Position numbers and translations under genes: made by a program. DNA of 64,000 bases, taken from assembly GCA_951406725.2 (NCBI GenBank), contig OX597829.1:8060001-8124000 (forward strand), in the 5' to 3' direction. Positions 1 through 11,228 of this stretch are shown here, piece by piece (the stretch's first letter is position 1; every line of letters starts with the position of its first letter). This DNA comes from Octopus vulgaris (Eukaryota). Below the pieces are notes generated by a model, which saw nothing but the letters and a program-made list of their open reading frames with translations, had not been told where the DNA came from and made no database searches.

Positions 1-117
1 CTTCCCGAACACATGGCCCTGGGTTCAGTACCACTGCATGGCACCTCAGGCAAGTGTCTTCTACTATAGCCTAGTGAGTGGATTTGGTTGATAGAAACTG
101 AAAAAAGCCCAATGTAA

Positions 118-148
<31 letters not shown>

Positions 149-360
149 TGTGTGTCTTTAAGATTGTGTTTGTCACCGAAATATCACTTGACAACCAGTG
201 TTGGTGTGTTTATGTCCCTGCAGCTTTGCAGTCTGGCAACAGGGACCAATAGAATAATAAAAAATTTTTACTGCTGTCGATTCAGTCAATTAAAAATTCT
301 TCAAGGCGGTGCCCCAGCATGCCTACAGTCTAACGACTGAGACACATAAAAGGAAACATA
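1..360 (+). mobile_element. tRNA-headed SINE family A, 5' end cut by the window edge
   Basis: B-box-like GGTTCAGTACC, body GGCAAGTGTCTTCTACTATAGCC and internal (TA)n; matches copies at 4391, 10690, 27255 and 32957. Confidence 0.75.
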
Positions 361-374
361 GTAGAAAATATATA

Positions 375-560
375 CATCATCATCATCATCATCATCACCA
401 TCATTGTTTAATGTCCGCTTTCCATGCTAGCATGGGTTGGACGATTTGACTAAGGACAGGCAAACCAGGAGGCAGCACCAGGCTCCAATCTCAACTGGCA
501 AGGTTTCTACAGCTGGATGCCCTTCCTAACACCAACCACTCCAAGAGTGTAGTAGGTGCT
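375..560 (-). mobile_element. RTE LINE 3' tail fragment
   Basis: (CAT)n followed by the same ~170 bp as the 3' end of the RTE at 16895-17070. Confidence 0.8.
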
Positions 561-563
561 TCG

Positions 564-624
<61 letters not shown>

Positions 625-628
<4 letters not shown>

Positions 629-953
629 TCAGATGAATATGGCACTTAAGTTGAGGCACCAGAATTTAGTATGGTATTATCCATACAATTTCAAAATAGG
701 GTGATTAAAATCAAAATAAGCAACAAGGATATCCAGAAGTAATGCAGTACGATCGTTTCATGCAATTCCATTTAATTGGACAATGCAATCATTTCATTAC
801 ATCAATTTAAAATGTAAAGCAATCTTTGTGCAGCTGAAGATTGCTCTACATTTTAAATTGATGTAATGAAATGATTGCATTGTTCAATTAAATGGAGTTG
901 CATGAAACGATCGTACTGCATTACTTCTGGATATCCTTGTTGCTTATTTTGAT
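625..953. mobile_element. Palindromic Penelope-type mini-element (inverted arms within 710-953) containing a hammerhead motif
   Basis: ~115-bp near-perfect inverted repeat; related diverged sequence at 25860-26040. Confidence 0.65.
829..920 (+). ncRNA. Type I hammerhead ribozyme-like motif with long stem II insert
   Basis: tgcag-CTGAAGA-ttgc...gcat-GAAA-cgatcg-TA-ctgca; perfect 5-bp stem I, palindromic stem III, GUA site. Confidence 0.7.
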
Positions 954-957
954 ATAA

Positions 958-1110
958 CTCACGGAGTGGTTGGCGTTAGGAAGGGCATCCAGCCGTAGAA
1001 ACACTGCTAACTGGGCCTGATGAAGCCTTCCAGCTTCACAGACCCCAGTTGAACAGTCCAACCCATGCTAGCATGGATAACGGACGCTAAATGATGATGA
1101 TGATGATGAT
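958..1110 (+). mobile_element. RTE LINE 3' tail fragment
   Basis: GGAGTGGTTGGCGTTAGGAAGGGCATCCAG...CCATGCTAGCATGG...(GAT)n. Confidence 0.8.
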
Positions 1111-1127
1111 ATATTATATATATATAT

Positions 1128-1276
1128 CAAAAACTGTCCAATGAACGGCAACAGGAAACTCATAGTAACAGCATTTGTTGAATTTTCTGCTGCTTTAAAT
1201 AAAGCATATTACTCTACCACTGGTATTTGAGTACTCTTTTTTCCACCTTGTTTCACATTTATGTGTTTACTACGGT
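1128..1276 (+). mobile_element. Penelope-type pLTR fragment with decayed hammerhead
   Basis: Same family as 58441-58640; core reads ctgt-CCAATGA...GAAA-ctcatag-TA-acag. Confidence 0.55.
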
Positions 1277-1290
1277 ATATATATTATATT

Positions 1291-1627
1291 ATGGCTCAGT
1301 GGTTAGAGCGTCGAGCTTACGATCGTGAGGTTGTGAGCTCGAATCCCGGACCGGGCTGCGTGTTGTGTTCTTGAGCAAGGCACTTTATTTCACGTTGCTC
1401 CAGTTCACTCAGCTGTAGAAATGAGTTGCGACGTCACAGGTGCCAAGCTGTATCGACCTTTGTCTTTCCCTTGGATAACACTGGTGGCGTGGAGAGGGGA
1501 GGCTGGTATGCATGGGCGACTGCTGGTCTTCCATAAAAAACAACCTTGCCCGGACTTGTGTCTAGGAGGGTAACTTTCTAGGTGCAATCCCATGGTCATT
1601 CATGACCGAAGGGGGTCTTTACCCCTT
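1291..1627 (+). mobile_element. tRNA-derived SINE family B
   Basis: A-box TGGCTCAGTGG, B-box-like GCTCGAATCC, body TTGAGCAAGGCACTTTATTTCAC; related at 40770 and 58135. Confidence 0.75.
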
Positions 1628-1649
1628 TATATATATATATACACATATA

Positions 1650-1864
1650 TTATTGTGTCTGGGGAGGATTGTTCTGTTAATGCCTTATTAATTAACACAC
1701 CATTTTGATTTCCATTCTTGTACTTATTTATTTCTTCTAAAATTTTCATTGCTTCTTGCAATGACTAATGAAGAGGTTGCAAGAAGTAATGAGAAAATTT
1801 TAGAAAAAAGTAACTAAGTACAAGAGTGGAAATCAAAATGGTGTGTTAATTAATAAGGCATTAA
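1650..1864. repeat. Palindromic mini-element (arms 1677-1761 and 1777-1864), probably Penelope-derived
   Basis: ~85-bp inverted arms; related sequence at 29810-29925. Confidence 0.6.
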
Positions 1865-2068
1865 AACCAAATAGTATCTCCTTGGCTGTGGCATGTAACT
1901 GGCCAAGAAGTTACCATTGGTTTCACATCTACTACTACACTCAACAATACTGGAGGTGTGTTGTGCATCCTTCAGACCTTGTTAGGAATATATCAGGAAG
2001 AAAAAAAATCCCAATATATTCCTAACAGGAAGGTTTGAGATGCACAATGTAAAACATACTTTTGATAC

Positions 2069-2177
2069 AAGTCTGATGAAGTGCCTCTCTAATGTCTAAA
2101 ACTACAAATATTACGTGAGTTTTCATTTAGAATTTTCATATAAACTGACATCGCAAATGCGGAAACAATTGTAACTT
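2069..2177 (+). ncRNA. Hammerhead-like motif with long, weak stem II
   Basis: aagt-CTGATGA...GAAA-caattg-TA-actt. Confidence 0.55.
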
Positions 2178-2631
2178 ATATTAAAGATGTGTCAAAGAAT
2201 TTTCCTTGTCTTTTTCTTTTCATTGGATATCTACACTTCACCAAATCCATTTGATGGTATAATTATCATGGAACTTGGATTTTCTACATCTGAAGAATTC
2301 CAGCTTTGGCCTGGAATCCGGCAGCATTGATAGTCCAGTATTCATGCCAAGTGCTTCACTAGAAATACCCCAACTTCACACAGACCTGACCTTAGCCTAT
2401 ATATATTTATATATGTATGCATTGTTTTTACTTGTGTATAACTTGTACTCTAATGTAGTGTAAAATCTTGATACAAAGTTTTCTTCCCTTCATATTCAAA
2501 GTGAAAGGTTTTGCTTCACTCCATATATAAGTTACACTCTGTTTCTTTTTTTCAGTTAAAACTGAGTATAAGTTGTCCACCCATGCCAGCATGGAAAGCA
2601 GACATTAAACAACGATGATATATATATATAT

Positions 2632-2880
2632 CATCATCATCATCATTTAACATCCAATTTCCATGCTAGCATGAGTTGAACGATTTGACTGAGGACTGGT
2701 GAACCAGATGGCTGCACCAGGCTCCAATCTTGATCTGGCAGAGTTTCTACCTTCCTAATGCCAACCACTCCGAGAGTGTAGTGGGTGCTTTTACGTGCCA
2801 CTGGCACGAGGGCCAGCCAGGCGGTACTGGCAAAGGCCACGCCTAAATAGTGTTTTTTTATGTGCCACCTGCACACTGGC
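2632..2880 (-). mobile_element. RTE 3' tail fragment
   Basis: (CAT)n plus RTE 3' UTR similarity; a short opposite-strand tail lies at 2572-2620. Confidence 0.75.
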
Positions 2881-3399
2881 ACATTTGAGACATGACTACT
2901 ACCAACATCATCTTGATAAGCCTATGAGTGAAATGTCACTTACATAACTTGGAATCTTGTTACATCACCACATGAAGTATTTCTGCACATATTTTATACA
3001 CATCATGTGTGTATGTGTGGGTATGCATGTGTAGATATATGTAAATATATTTATATGTGTCTGTGGATTTTCAGTTACATAGACACTTACATTAGTTTGT
3101 AATTGCTTACTATGAAGACTGTTGCTGAGTCTGTACAAAAAGCTCACTATGATTGTCACTCATATATACTTATACATATATACATTTGGCACATGCATGA
3201 GTCAGTGGTTAAGCCTTGCAGCTATGTGGTTTAAGTTTTATATATATATATAGTTTGACAGAGAGATTATAAGGAGAAAATGGAAAGTTTTAACTAATAA
3301 ATCCAATTTATTAACATATTGTAAAACTTCTCTGTTATCTACAATCGTTTCCATACTCGACTCTTCCCTTCTTCATCCATGTTGTATTCAGTCTCCAGG

Positions 3400-3842
3400 C
3401 TCTGCACTAACCACTATGCTCAGTCCTTCCTTCACCACTGGATGTCTGAGATGACTAAAGACAGAGATGACTGGCAATTAATTATGTTTGAGAAGACTCA
3501 GAAATGAGTTCCTAAAAGCATATCACTTTGTCATGTCTACAACAAGACATCCATTCCTAACACTCTAAGCTACTCTTGTGTCTCAGCACCTGGCATTAGC
3601 CACCTCCCTCAATATCACACCCATCATAATCGAGGGGTCTTGTTTTGTGAACTACATGATGATCTTACCCTCAAAGAGCACCCAGTGCACAATGTAAAAT
3701 TGTTGGGCATTAGGAAGGATGTCCAGCTTTTGAAACCATACTGAAATAGACAATGCAGCTCAACAGTCCTGTGACCCATTGAATCCTCTCAATGCATCCA
3801 ACCCATGTGGGCATATAATTATGCTAGATGATGATGATGATA
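3400..3842 (+). mobile_element. Old diverged RTE 3' fragment
   Basis: Diverged match to RTE C-terminus (MTKDRDDW) and 3' UTR, ending in (GAT)n. Confidence 0.5.
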
Positions 3843-4131
3843 TGTGTGACTGTGTGTAAATGGGTGTGAGGGTGCATACATAGAGTCATGCATGATGCAT
3901 GCATCTATCCACCCATCCATACATACATGCATATGTGTGTGTGTGTGTGTGTCATCATCATCATCATCATCGTTTAGCGTCCGTTTTCCATGCTAGCATG
4001 TGTATATGTATATATTATATATGAATATAAATAATATATATATATGTGCATACATATATATGTATATATACACACACACACATATATATGTATATATATA
4101 TATATATATCATCATCATCATCATCATCATC

Positions 4132-4174
<43 letters not shown>

Positions 4175-4177
4175 TTA

Positions 4178-4225
<48 letters not shown>

Positions 4226-4356
4226 AAACTATAACTCCCTTCTTGAATGGGTCTTGGTGCCCAAATCCTGAATTGAAAGACTTTGCCAGGTGGTGCTATT
4301 AAGTTAGACATGGCTTGGGCCAGTACTGGCCAAAACCTTTCTAAGTTATTCTAAGT

Positions 4357-4390
<34 letters not shown>

Positions 4391-4395
<5 letters not shown>

Positions 4396-4780
4396 TGGCT
4401 GTGTGGTAAGTAGCTTGCTTACCAACCACATGGTTCTGGGTTCAGTCCCACTGCGTGGCAACTTGGGCAAGTGTCTTCTACTATAGCCTCAGGTCAACCA
4501 AAACCTCGTGAGTGGATTTGGTAGACGGAAACTGAAAGAAGCCCGTTGTATATATGTATGTGTGTATGTATATGTTTGTCGCCACCAACATTGCTTGACA
4601 ACCAATGCTGGTGTGTTTGCGTCCCTGTAACATAGCGGTTTGGCAAAAGAGACTGATAGAATAAGTACTAGGCTTACAAAGAATAAGTCCTGGGGGGGGG
4701 GGGGGCGATTTGCTCGACTAAAGGCAGTGCTCCAGCATGGCCACAGTCAAATGACTGAAACAAGTAAAAGAGTAAAGAGT
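4391..4780 (+). mobile_element. SINE family A
   Basis: TGGCTGTGTGG A-box, GGTTCAGTCCC B-box, (AGTAAA) tail. Confidence 0.8.
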
Positions 4781-4786
4781 ATATAC

Positions 4787-4841
<55 letters not shown>

Positions 4842-4849
4842 TATATGGA

Positions 4850-5015
4850 TACAGGGCATCATAAACTGTAAACAACATGAAATATGAAAACAAATGAGTT
4901 GATATGCAAACAACGAAAAAAACAAATGAAAGACAGTTCAAGTAACATAAAGAATGACCCTTCATCAGTTGTCAGCTGTCCATCTACTCGTTATTTTGAG
5001 CACTGAACAAAATAT
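4850..5015 (-). mobile_element. Penelope-type pLTR fragment with decayed hammerhead-like motif
   Basis: Minus strand gctc-AAAA...gacaa-CTGATGA-aggg, between TA repeats. Confidence 0.4.
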
Positions 5016-5017
5016 AT

Positions 5018-5816
5018 ATAAATTGTTGCCATTTTATATTTTTAATTTCACACATGCGCATTGTTTGCTTTTGATTTTGTTGACTACACAGTATAGTAGG
5101 GTCTTTGGGCACTATCTCTGAGAAAAACAGCACCATGACACAATTCACTCTTCCAGAAAGTTGGAAATGACACGCAGTACTCCTTAGTATTCATGCTGGA
5201 AGCTCCAATACAAACATTTCAGAATGTTTGAGTGTCAAAGTGAGGAAGTGCAAATCTGAGGACATGTACTGTCAAATCAATATCATGTTGTTTGGAGTCA
5301 TCACAAAGGCCTACATCAAGTGCCTGGGGGAGGTAGTGCTGCCCTGGGTCAAGATGGTGGATGCTGAAAGACAATATGTCTGGAAACAGAACTCTGCACC
5401 ATGTCACACAAGAAGGAGAACCCAGTCATGGCTGTCAGACAATTTCTGCAACCACATCACCTCTAACATCTGGTCACCTAACTCCTCAGGCTGCAATCCC
5501 CTTGATTATTATGTGTGGGGCGCAGTTGAGTGAGAGACCAACAAAACTCCATGTAACACCAAAGATGAACTAAACACAAGGATTATGGCAGCATTCACCA
5601 ACTTAAACAAGGAGACCATCCAGAATAGTTGCGGGAGATTCCAAAGTCGTCTGGAGGCCGCGGTCAAAAAAGCTAATGGCAATTTTATTGAATAAATTTA
5701 ATCTTTAGTATTTCAAGATATTCTTATGTAAATTTTGGTAAATGTTTGTTAAAATGAGATTTCAGTATTATTTTCATTTTTTAGTAATTTAGACGATTTA
5801 TTCATCGCACCCTCTA
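5018..5816 (+). pseudogene. Decayed Tc1/mariner (maT/DD37D-like) transposase relic
   Basis: YVWKQNSAPCH and WSPNSSGCNPLDYYVWGAVE match the QQD(S)APCH and WPPNSPDLNPLDYYVWG motifs; stops and deletions; TIR-like end near 5790-5815. Confidence 0.7.
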
Positions 5817-5943
<127 letters not shown>

Positions 5944-6003
5944 GAGAAAAAACACACATATATATATATATATATCTATATATATACACATATTTATATG
6001 TAT

Positions 6004-6036
<33 letters not shown>

Positions 6037-7062
6037 AATGAGAAAAAAACACCTTTTATCAATTCAAAATGAAAAATTAAATTACACCATTTAGAAAATT
6101 ACATATAATAGAAAGATTAAATATAAGATAAAAAATATAACAATGATTAAGTACTGTTCAAAATAATAAATAACTTGTATATATTTGGTAGAATAATGAC
6201 ACATATTTCGTGGCTATAAGAAATGATTATACTAACAATATTAGTAGTTGTAGTAAAATCACTTCAATATAAATATAGCCACTCATCAGGATAAAGATAA
6301 CTACAATAATAAAATAATTAATAAATATACGTAAATAATCTTTTTAAAATAAATATATTTTTAAAAATATATATATATAAGATACAAAATATACATTAAG
6401 TGAAAACTAAATACAACATTTTAAACTATATACATTAAATCAAATTATTAATTAATATATTTATTTAATAAACATCCAAATAAAGTCTAATATCCATTAA
6501 GCAATTAATACTAAAAACCTTAATATTAATTAAAATACACAATGCTAGTACAAGCCATAAATACTGGAATCCAAAATAAGAAATGGTTCAAATATAGACA
6601 CACCCATTATATAAACTAACTATATAATTAATATATATGTAGTATCTATAGATTTAATATATCACTCAACAATATAGTTGACTAAAATATCAATTAATAT
6701 AAAAACTAATTTACTTAAATGTAATACTACATGATAAATATACCATCTAATTATTAAATAATGTATTGTCTAACAAAATTAATTCTCAAATTAAATTATA
6801 TGTAATACGTTAAATTCCTTTATAAAGATAATAATAAAGTATTTTAAATAAATAGATATAATTAATAACTATCATAACTTAATAACTATCAATATATATA
6901 AAAATAATAATATTTCAACAACAACAATAATAATAATAATAATAATCAAACCCAAAACGATTAAAAATCCAAATAATACAGAGTTATATTTTTTCCATCG
7001 ACAAGCTAAGTAACGTTTTTTGCTTATCTATCTTATTTGGATTGTGAATCATTTTGGAATTG

Positions 7063-7121
<59 letters not shown>

Positions 7122-7490
7122 CATTATTATTATTATTATTATTATCATTATTATATTGTAAAGAATATATTTATTTTAAAAAGATTATTTACGTATATTT
7201 ATTAATTATTTATTTTATTATTGTAGTTATCTTTAACCTGAGGAGTGGCTATATTTATATTGAAGTGATTTTACTACTACTACTAATATTTTTACTACAA
7301 TCATTTCTTAAATATAGTCACGAAACATGTGTTGTTATTCTACCAAATATATACATTTTATTTATTATTTTGCACATTACTTAATTATCGTTATATTTTT
7401 ATCTTATATTTAATCTTTCTATTATATGTAATTTTCTAGATGGCGTAATTTAATTTTTCATTTTGAATTGATAAGAGGTGTTTTTTTCTA
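6037..7490. mobile_element. AT-rich element with ~340-bp inverted terminal arms, each carrying a hammerhead motif (Penelope-type inverted pLTRs)
   Basis: 6037-6370 is the reverse complement of ~7165-7490; flanked by (TA)n. Confidence 0.65.
7234..7337 (+). ncRNA. Hammerhead-like motif, extended stem II
   Basis: taac-CTGAGGA-gtggctatat...atatagtcac-GAAA-catgtg-TT-gtta; antisense twin at 6194-6293 (CTGATGA...GAAA tatgtg TC). Confidence 0.65.
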
Positions 7491-7617
7491 ATATATATAT
7501 ATATATATATTATAGTTTGTGAAATTTGATTTAGTATTTCTAAATTTAATTTTTCCCTGTAAGTTTAGAATAATATTCCCTCATATTATATATATATATA
7601 TACATACATATATATAT

Positions 7618-7670
<53 letters not shown>

Positions 7671-7675
<5 letters not shown>

Positions 7676-8045
7676 TAATAAGGGTAGAAATTGATATTAA
7701 TAAATTAAAACCAATGGCTTAGCATATTTTAAAAATCCGAAGCTTAAAAATTGTGTTACATACAAAATTTAGAGGAATGACTAGTGGACATCCTTTATGC
7801 TAAACATAGACATCAAATCGTCATTACCACGAAGAATGTGTTCTCAAGAAAAATCACAGCAAAAGATATTAACAAGTGAAACCAATGGTACATAGGTAAG
7901 CATTTTTTTATTTCATTTGTCTTTACATTTTCGTTTTTTGCTGAGATTTTTCTTGAGAACAATTTCTTCATGGTAATGACGATTTGACATCTATGTTTAG
8001 CATAAAGGATGTCCACTTTAGTAATCATTCTTCTAAATTTTGCAT
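7671..8045. repeat. Palindromic mini-element (arms ~7761-7864 and 7936-8044)
   Basis: ~105-bp inverted arms; spacer has GAAA-ccaatgg-TA, resembling a hammerhead 3' half. Confidence 0.6.
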
Positions 8046-8063
8046 ATATATATACATACATAC

Positions 8064-8290
8064 ATCATCATCATTTATTGTTTATTGTGCATGCTGGTAT
8101 AGGTTGGGCAATTAGATCTAGGCTGGCAAGCTGGAAGACTGCACCAGATTCCAGTCTGATTTGGCATGGTTTCTATGGCTGGATGCCATTCCTAATACCA
8201 ATTGCTCTGACAGTGGTGCCAATTGCATGACATCAGTATCTGTCACAACTGCAATTTTACTTGGCTTGATGGATCTTCTTCTCTCAAGCA
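8064..8290 (-). mobile_element. RTE 3' tail fragment, diverged
   Basis: Similarity to RTE 3' UTR. Confidence 0.6.
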
Positions 8291-8295
8291 TGGCA

Positions 8296-9000
8296 TATAC
8301 ATACATACATACATACATGATGGCTGCCCTCCTCGTTATCAAGTATGGCCATTGTACGAAGCTTAACTTTTACTGGTGCTGTGATCGAATGTGACTTTTT
8401 AGTCCAGCTAAAGATCTACAATGTCTTGTAAAAAATTGGCAACTAAGACCTTTACTGGTAATAGCCGGCTGTAGTTGTATCTGGGCTTCATGTACCTTTG
8501 CATGTCGTTTAAGTCCTCCTGCCGAATTACACTCTCTTCCACATGCCTGACAGATATGATTAGTATGGTGTGTTACACCACCACCAGTGGCCAGTTTGTC
8601 ACTCATCTGTCTCGTTTTATGACTACGAAGATGACTCATGAGTCCAGCTTTACTGAGGCAGGGTCTTGCACAGATATTGCATGTCAGAATCAAAGGAAGA
8701 CCCTTCCCTTCTGGAAGTGTAACAGCGATGCCCTTCCTGACATCCTCCTTACTTTCTCATGTGCAACTCGAGATTTCTCAAATGTGGCTGTCCCCTCATG
8801 CACAATCCTTCTCCACCTGCTACGATCAATAGTTATGCCTTCCCATGTGTCAGGAGAGATGCAAGCATCTCTTAAGGAAGCCTTCAACAAGTCTTTATAA
8901 CTCTTTTTTAGTTTATGTTGAGGTCATTCTCCTTTAGCTAACTCTCCATAAAAGAGTTGTTTTGGCATCCTTGAATCTTTCTTTACTTCCACACATGCCA
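8296..9000 (-). pseudogene. 3' fragment of a second RTE-clade LINE with three C-terminal C2H2 zinc fingers
   Basis: RMPKQLFYGEL...YKDLLKASL...DRSRWRRIVHEG then CxxC-x12-HxxxH x3 (third degenerate), frameshifted; (ATGT)n tail at 8296-8318. Confidence 0.75.
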
Positions 9001-9357
9001 GTTTAATATAATTCATCCTTAGTCGAAAGACACCTGTTGTTATCTCCTGTTATTTGCATTTGTATTTGTGTAACATTTCTCTGTTTTTTTCTGTCCTTGT
9101 TTTTGTATACAAAAGGCTGCTTTCTTCCAAGGAGCTGGTCAGATTGGAGCAATCTCGAATATAACCAGTCAAAATTGCATAGATAATCTGGAATTCAACT
9201 GAGGAAAGAAAACTCCGAATGATCTGTCCTTGTTTTCTTTGTATCATCGATCTGGATGTTTTGTTGTCCCTTTTTTGTATCACCTAACTGTCTGGATGTT
9301 TTGTGTTCTTGTCCAATTTTGTACTTTTTATGTATAATATATATATATATATATATA

Positions 9358-10092
9358 CTAGCAGCTAAGCCCGGTTTTACCCGGTCTGTTTGGATGATGT
9401 GGCTGTGATCGTTTTCGGTTAGGCATAATCTGTAACAGCGTTTCTCAACCTTATCATTTCAGGTCCCCCGTTTTGATTGGAACCTCCCCCCTTGTCAGAA
9501 AACAGCTTCAATTGTGGAGAAAGAATTTGTACGTAGTCTGTTTCTGAGAGCTATCCTATTGGACCTCTGTCTAATCATTAAAACATTGATTTAATTATGA
9601 TCATAGAAAGAAATTATACATTAATCCCTATTCTTGTAAGCAGTTGTATCCATAAAAATTTTATTTGCAGAGAGCAGAAATTGAAAGAAGATATATGAAA
9701 TGGATGTGTGCGTGTGTGTGTGCGTGTGTGTGTGTGTATGTGTGCGTGCGTGCTTGCACGTGTGTATGTGAGAGAGAAGAAGAGAGACAGCATAGCGAAA
9801 GTTTTGGCTGACCGTCATCCTGTACTCGCCTTGTTGCTAGCGAAATGGTATATGCCGGCTGATTGAGTAACTGGTTGTTTCAATGGCGGAAGAAAGAGGG
9901 GAATTCCATTAGAAAAATTTTAATCGATTTTCTCAGTAAGTATGGGGGCTAGGAAAAAATACAAACTGCATTCCAATCTATGCACCCATCTCCACATGTG
10001 TGCCATTTTTCATGTGACTCCACCCAGCCGTCTGGTTGTGAACCTCAAGACAAGAAAGAATACAACAATCGCCCACGTCCAGTTTATATTAT
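9358..10092 (-). mobile_element. Non-autonomous Helitron-like element
   Basis: Minus-strand 3' end CTAG preceded by a CCGG..CCGG hairpin; inserted in TA repeat; no ORF. Confidence 0.55.
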
Positions 10093-10106
10093 ATACATAT
10101 ACACAA

Positions 10107-10139
<33 letters not shown>

Positions 10140-10140
<1 letters not shown>

Positions 10141-10650
10141 CATCATCATCATCGTGTAACGTCCGTTTTCCATGCTGGCATGGGTTGGATGGTTTAACTG
10201 AGGTCTGGAAAGCCAGAAGCTGCACCAGGCTCCAATCTAATCTGGCAGCGTTTCTACAACTGATTGCCCTTCCTAATGCCAACCACTGCAAGAGTGTAGT
10301 GGGTGCTTTTTATGTGCCACCTGCATGGGAGCCAGTCAGGCTGCTTTGGCATCGACTATGTTCAGATGGTGCTTTTTAAGTGCCACCGACACAAGAGCCA
10401 GTCAGGGGATACTGGCATCAGTCATGATCATTTGGCGTTTTTTACATGCCACCAACATGGGAGCCAGTCATCCGAGCCTGGCATCGACCATGTTTGGATG
10501 GTGCTTTTTAAGTACTTTTGGCACAGGAGCCAGTCAGGTGGACCTGGTATCGATCACGTTCATAGGATGCTCTTTATGTGCCACCAGCACAGGATCCAAT
10601 CAGGGGGTACTGGCCACAGCTACAATATTGGTTTTACTTGACTCAACAGG
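10140..10650 (-). mobile_element. RTE 3' UTR fragment with ~5 diverged ~63-bp subrepeats
   Basis: (CAT)n tail; repeated TGCCACC...GGAGCCAGTCA...GGATGGTGCTTTT units. Confidence 0.75.
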
Positions 10651-10689
10651 TCATATATATATTTATGTATCTTCTGTATGTATATATAT

Positions 10690-10977
10690 TCTTTTATTCT
10701 TTTACTTGTTTCAGTCATTTTACTGCATCCATGCTGGGGCACCACCTTGAAGGCTTTTAGTCAAGCAAATTGATTACAGGACTTATTTTTGAAAGCCTAG
10801 TACTTATTCTATCAGCCTCTTTTGCTGAACCACTAAGTTATGGGGATGTAAACACACCAACACTGGTTGTCAAGTGGTGATGGGTGGGGGACAAACACAG
10901 ACACAGAGACACACACACATAGATATATACATTTACATATATATATATATATGAATGCATATACTTATATATATATT

Positions 10978-11008
<31 letters not shown>

Positions 11009-11038
11009 ATATATATATGTATATTTATATATATATAC

Positions 11039-11077
<39 letters not shown>

Positions 11078-11145
11078 ATATTCATGACGGGCTACTTTTA
11101 GTTTCCGTCTACCCAATCCCCCAATCCCCTCACAAAGCTTTGGTT
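10690..11145 (-). mobile_element. SINE family A (3' part)
   Basis: Reverse-complement match to 4490-4780 with expanded internal TA repeat. Confidence 0.7.
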
Positions 11146-11228
11146 TTCAACATACAGGATACTCCATTATAATTTTTAGAAAATATTTCATCAAAACTAG
11201 AGAAATAAAGAATTACATCTTGCTATTA

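Noticed and set aside
1291-1365. tRNA gene
   Set aside because: A and B boxes continue directly into a SINE body; no complete acceptor stem
2940-2985. Possible small minus-strand exon ending in gtaagt
   Set aside because: Poor acceptor, no recognisable peptide, no partner exons
4000-4302. YI/HT/poly-Y/poly-L ORFs here and at 7020, 49462, 56895-57992 and 60938-62454
   Set aside because: Translations of microsatellites
8370-8693. Host C2H2 zinc-finger gene
   Set aside because: Contiguous with an RTE C-terminus and followed by a retroelement simple-repeat tail
9130-9215. Further rearranged hammerhead candidate (ctcGAAT...CTGAGGA) in a repeat at ~9020-9335
   Set aside because: Could not assign consistent stems I and III or an NUH site from this copy
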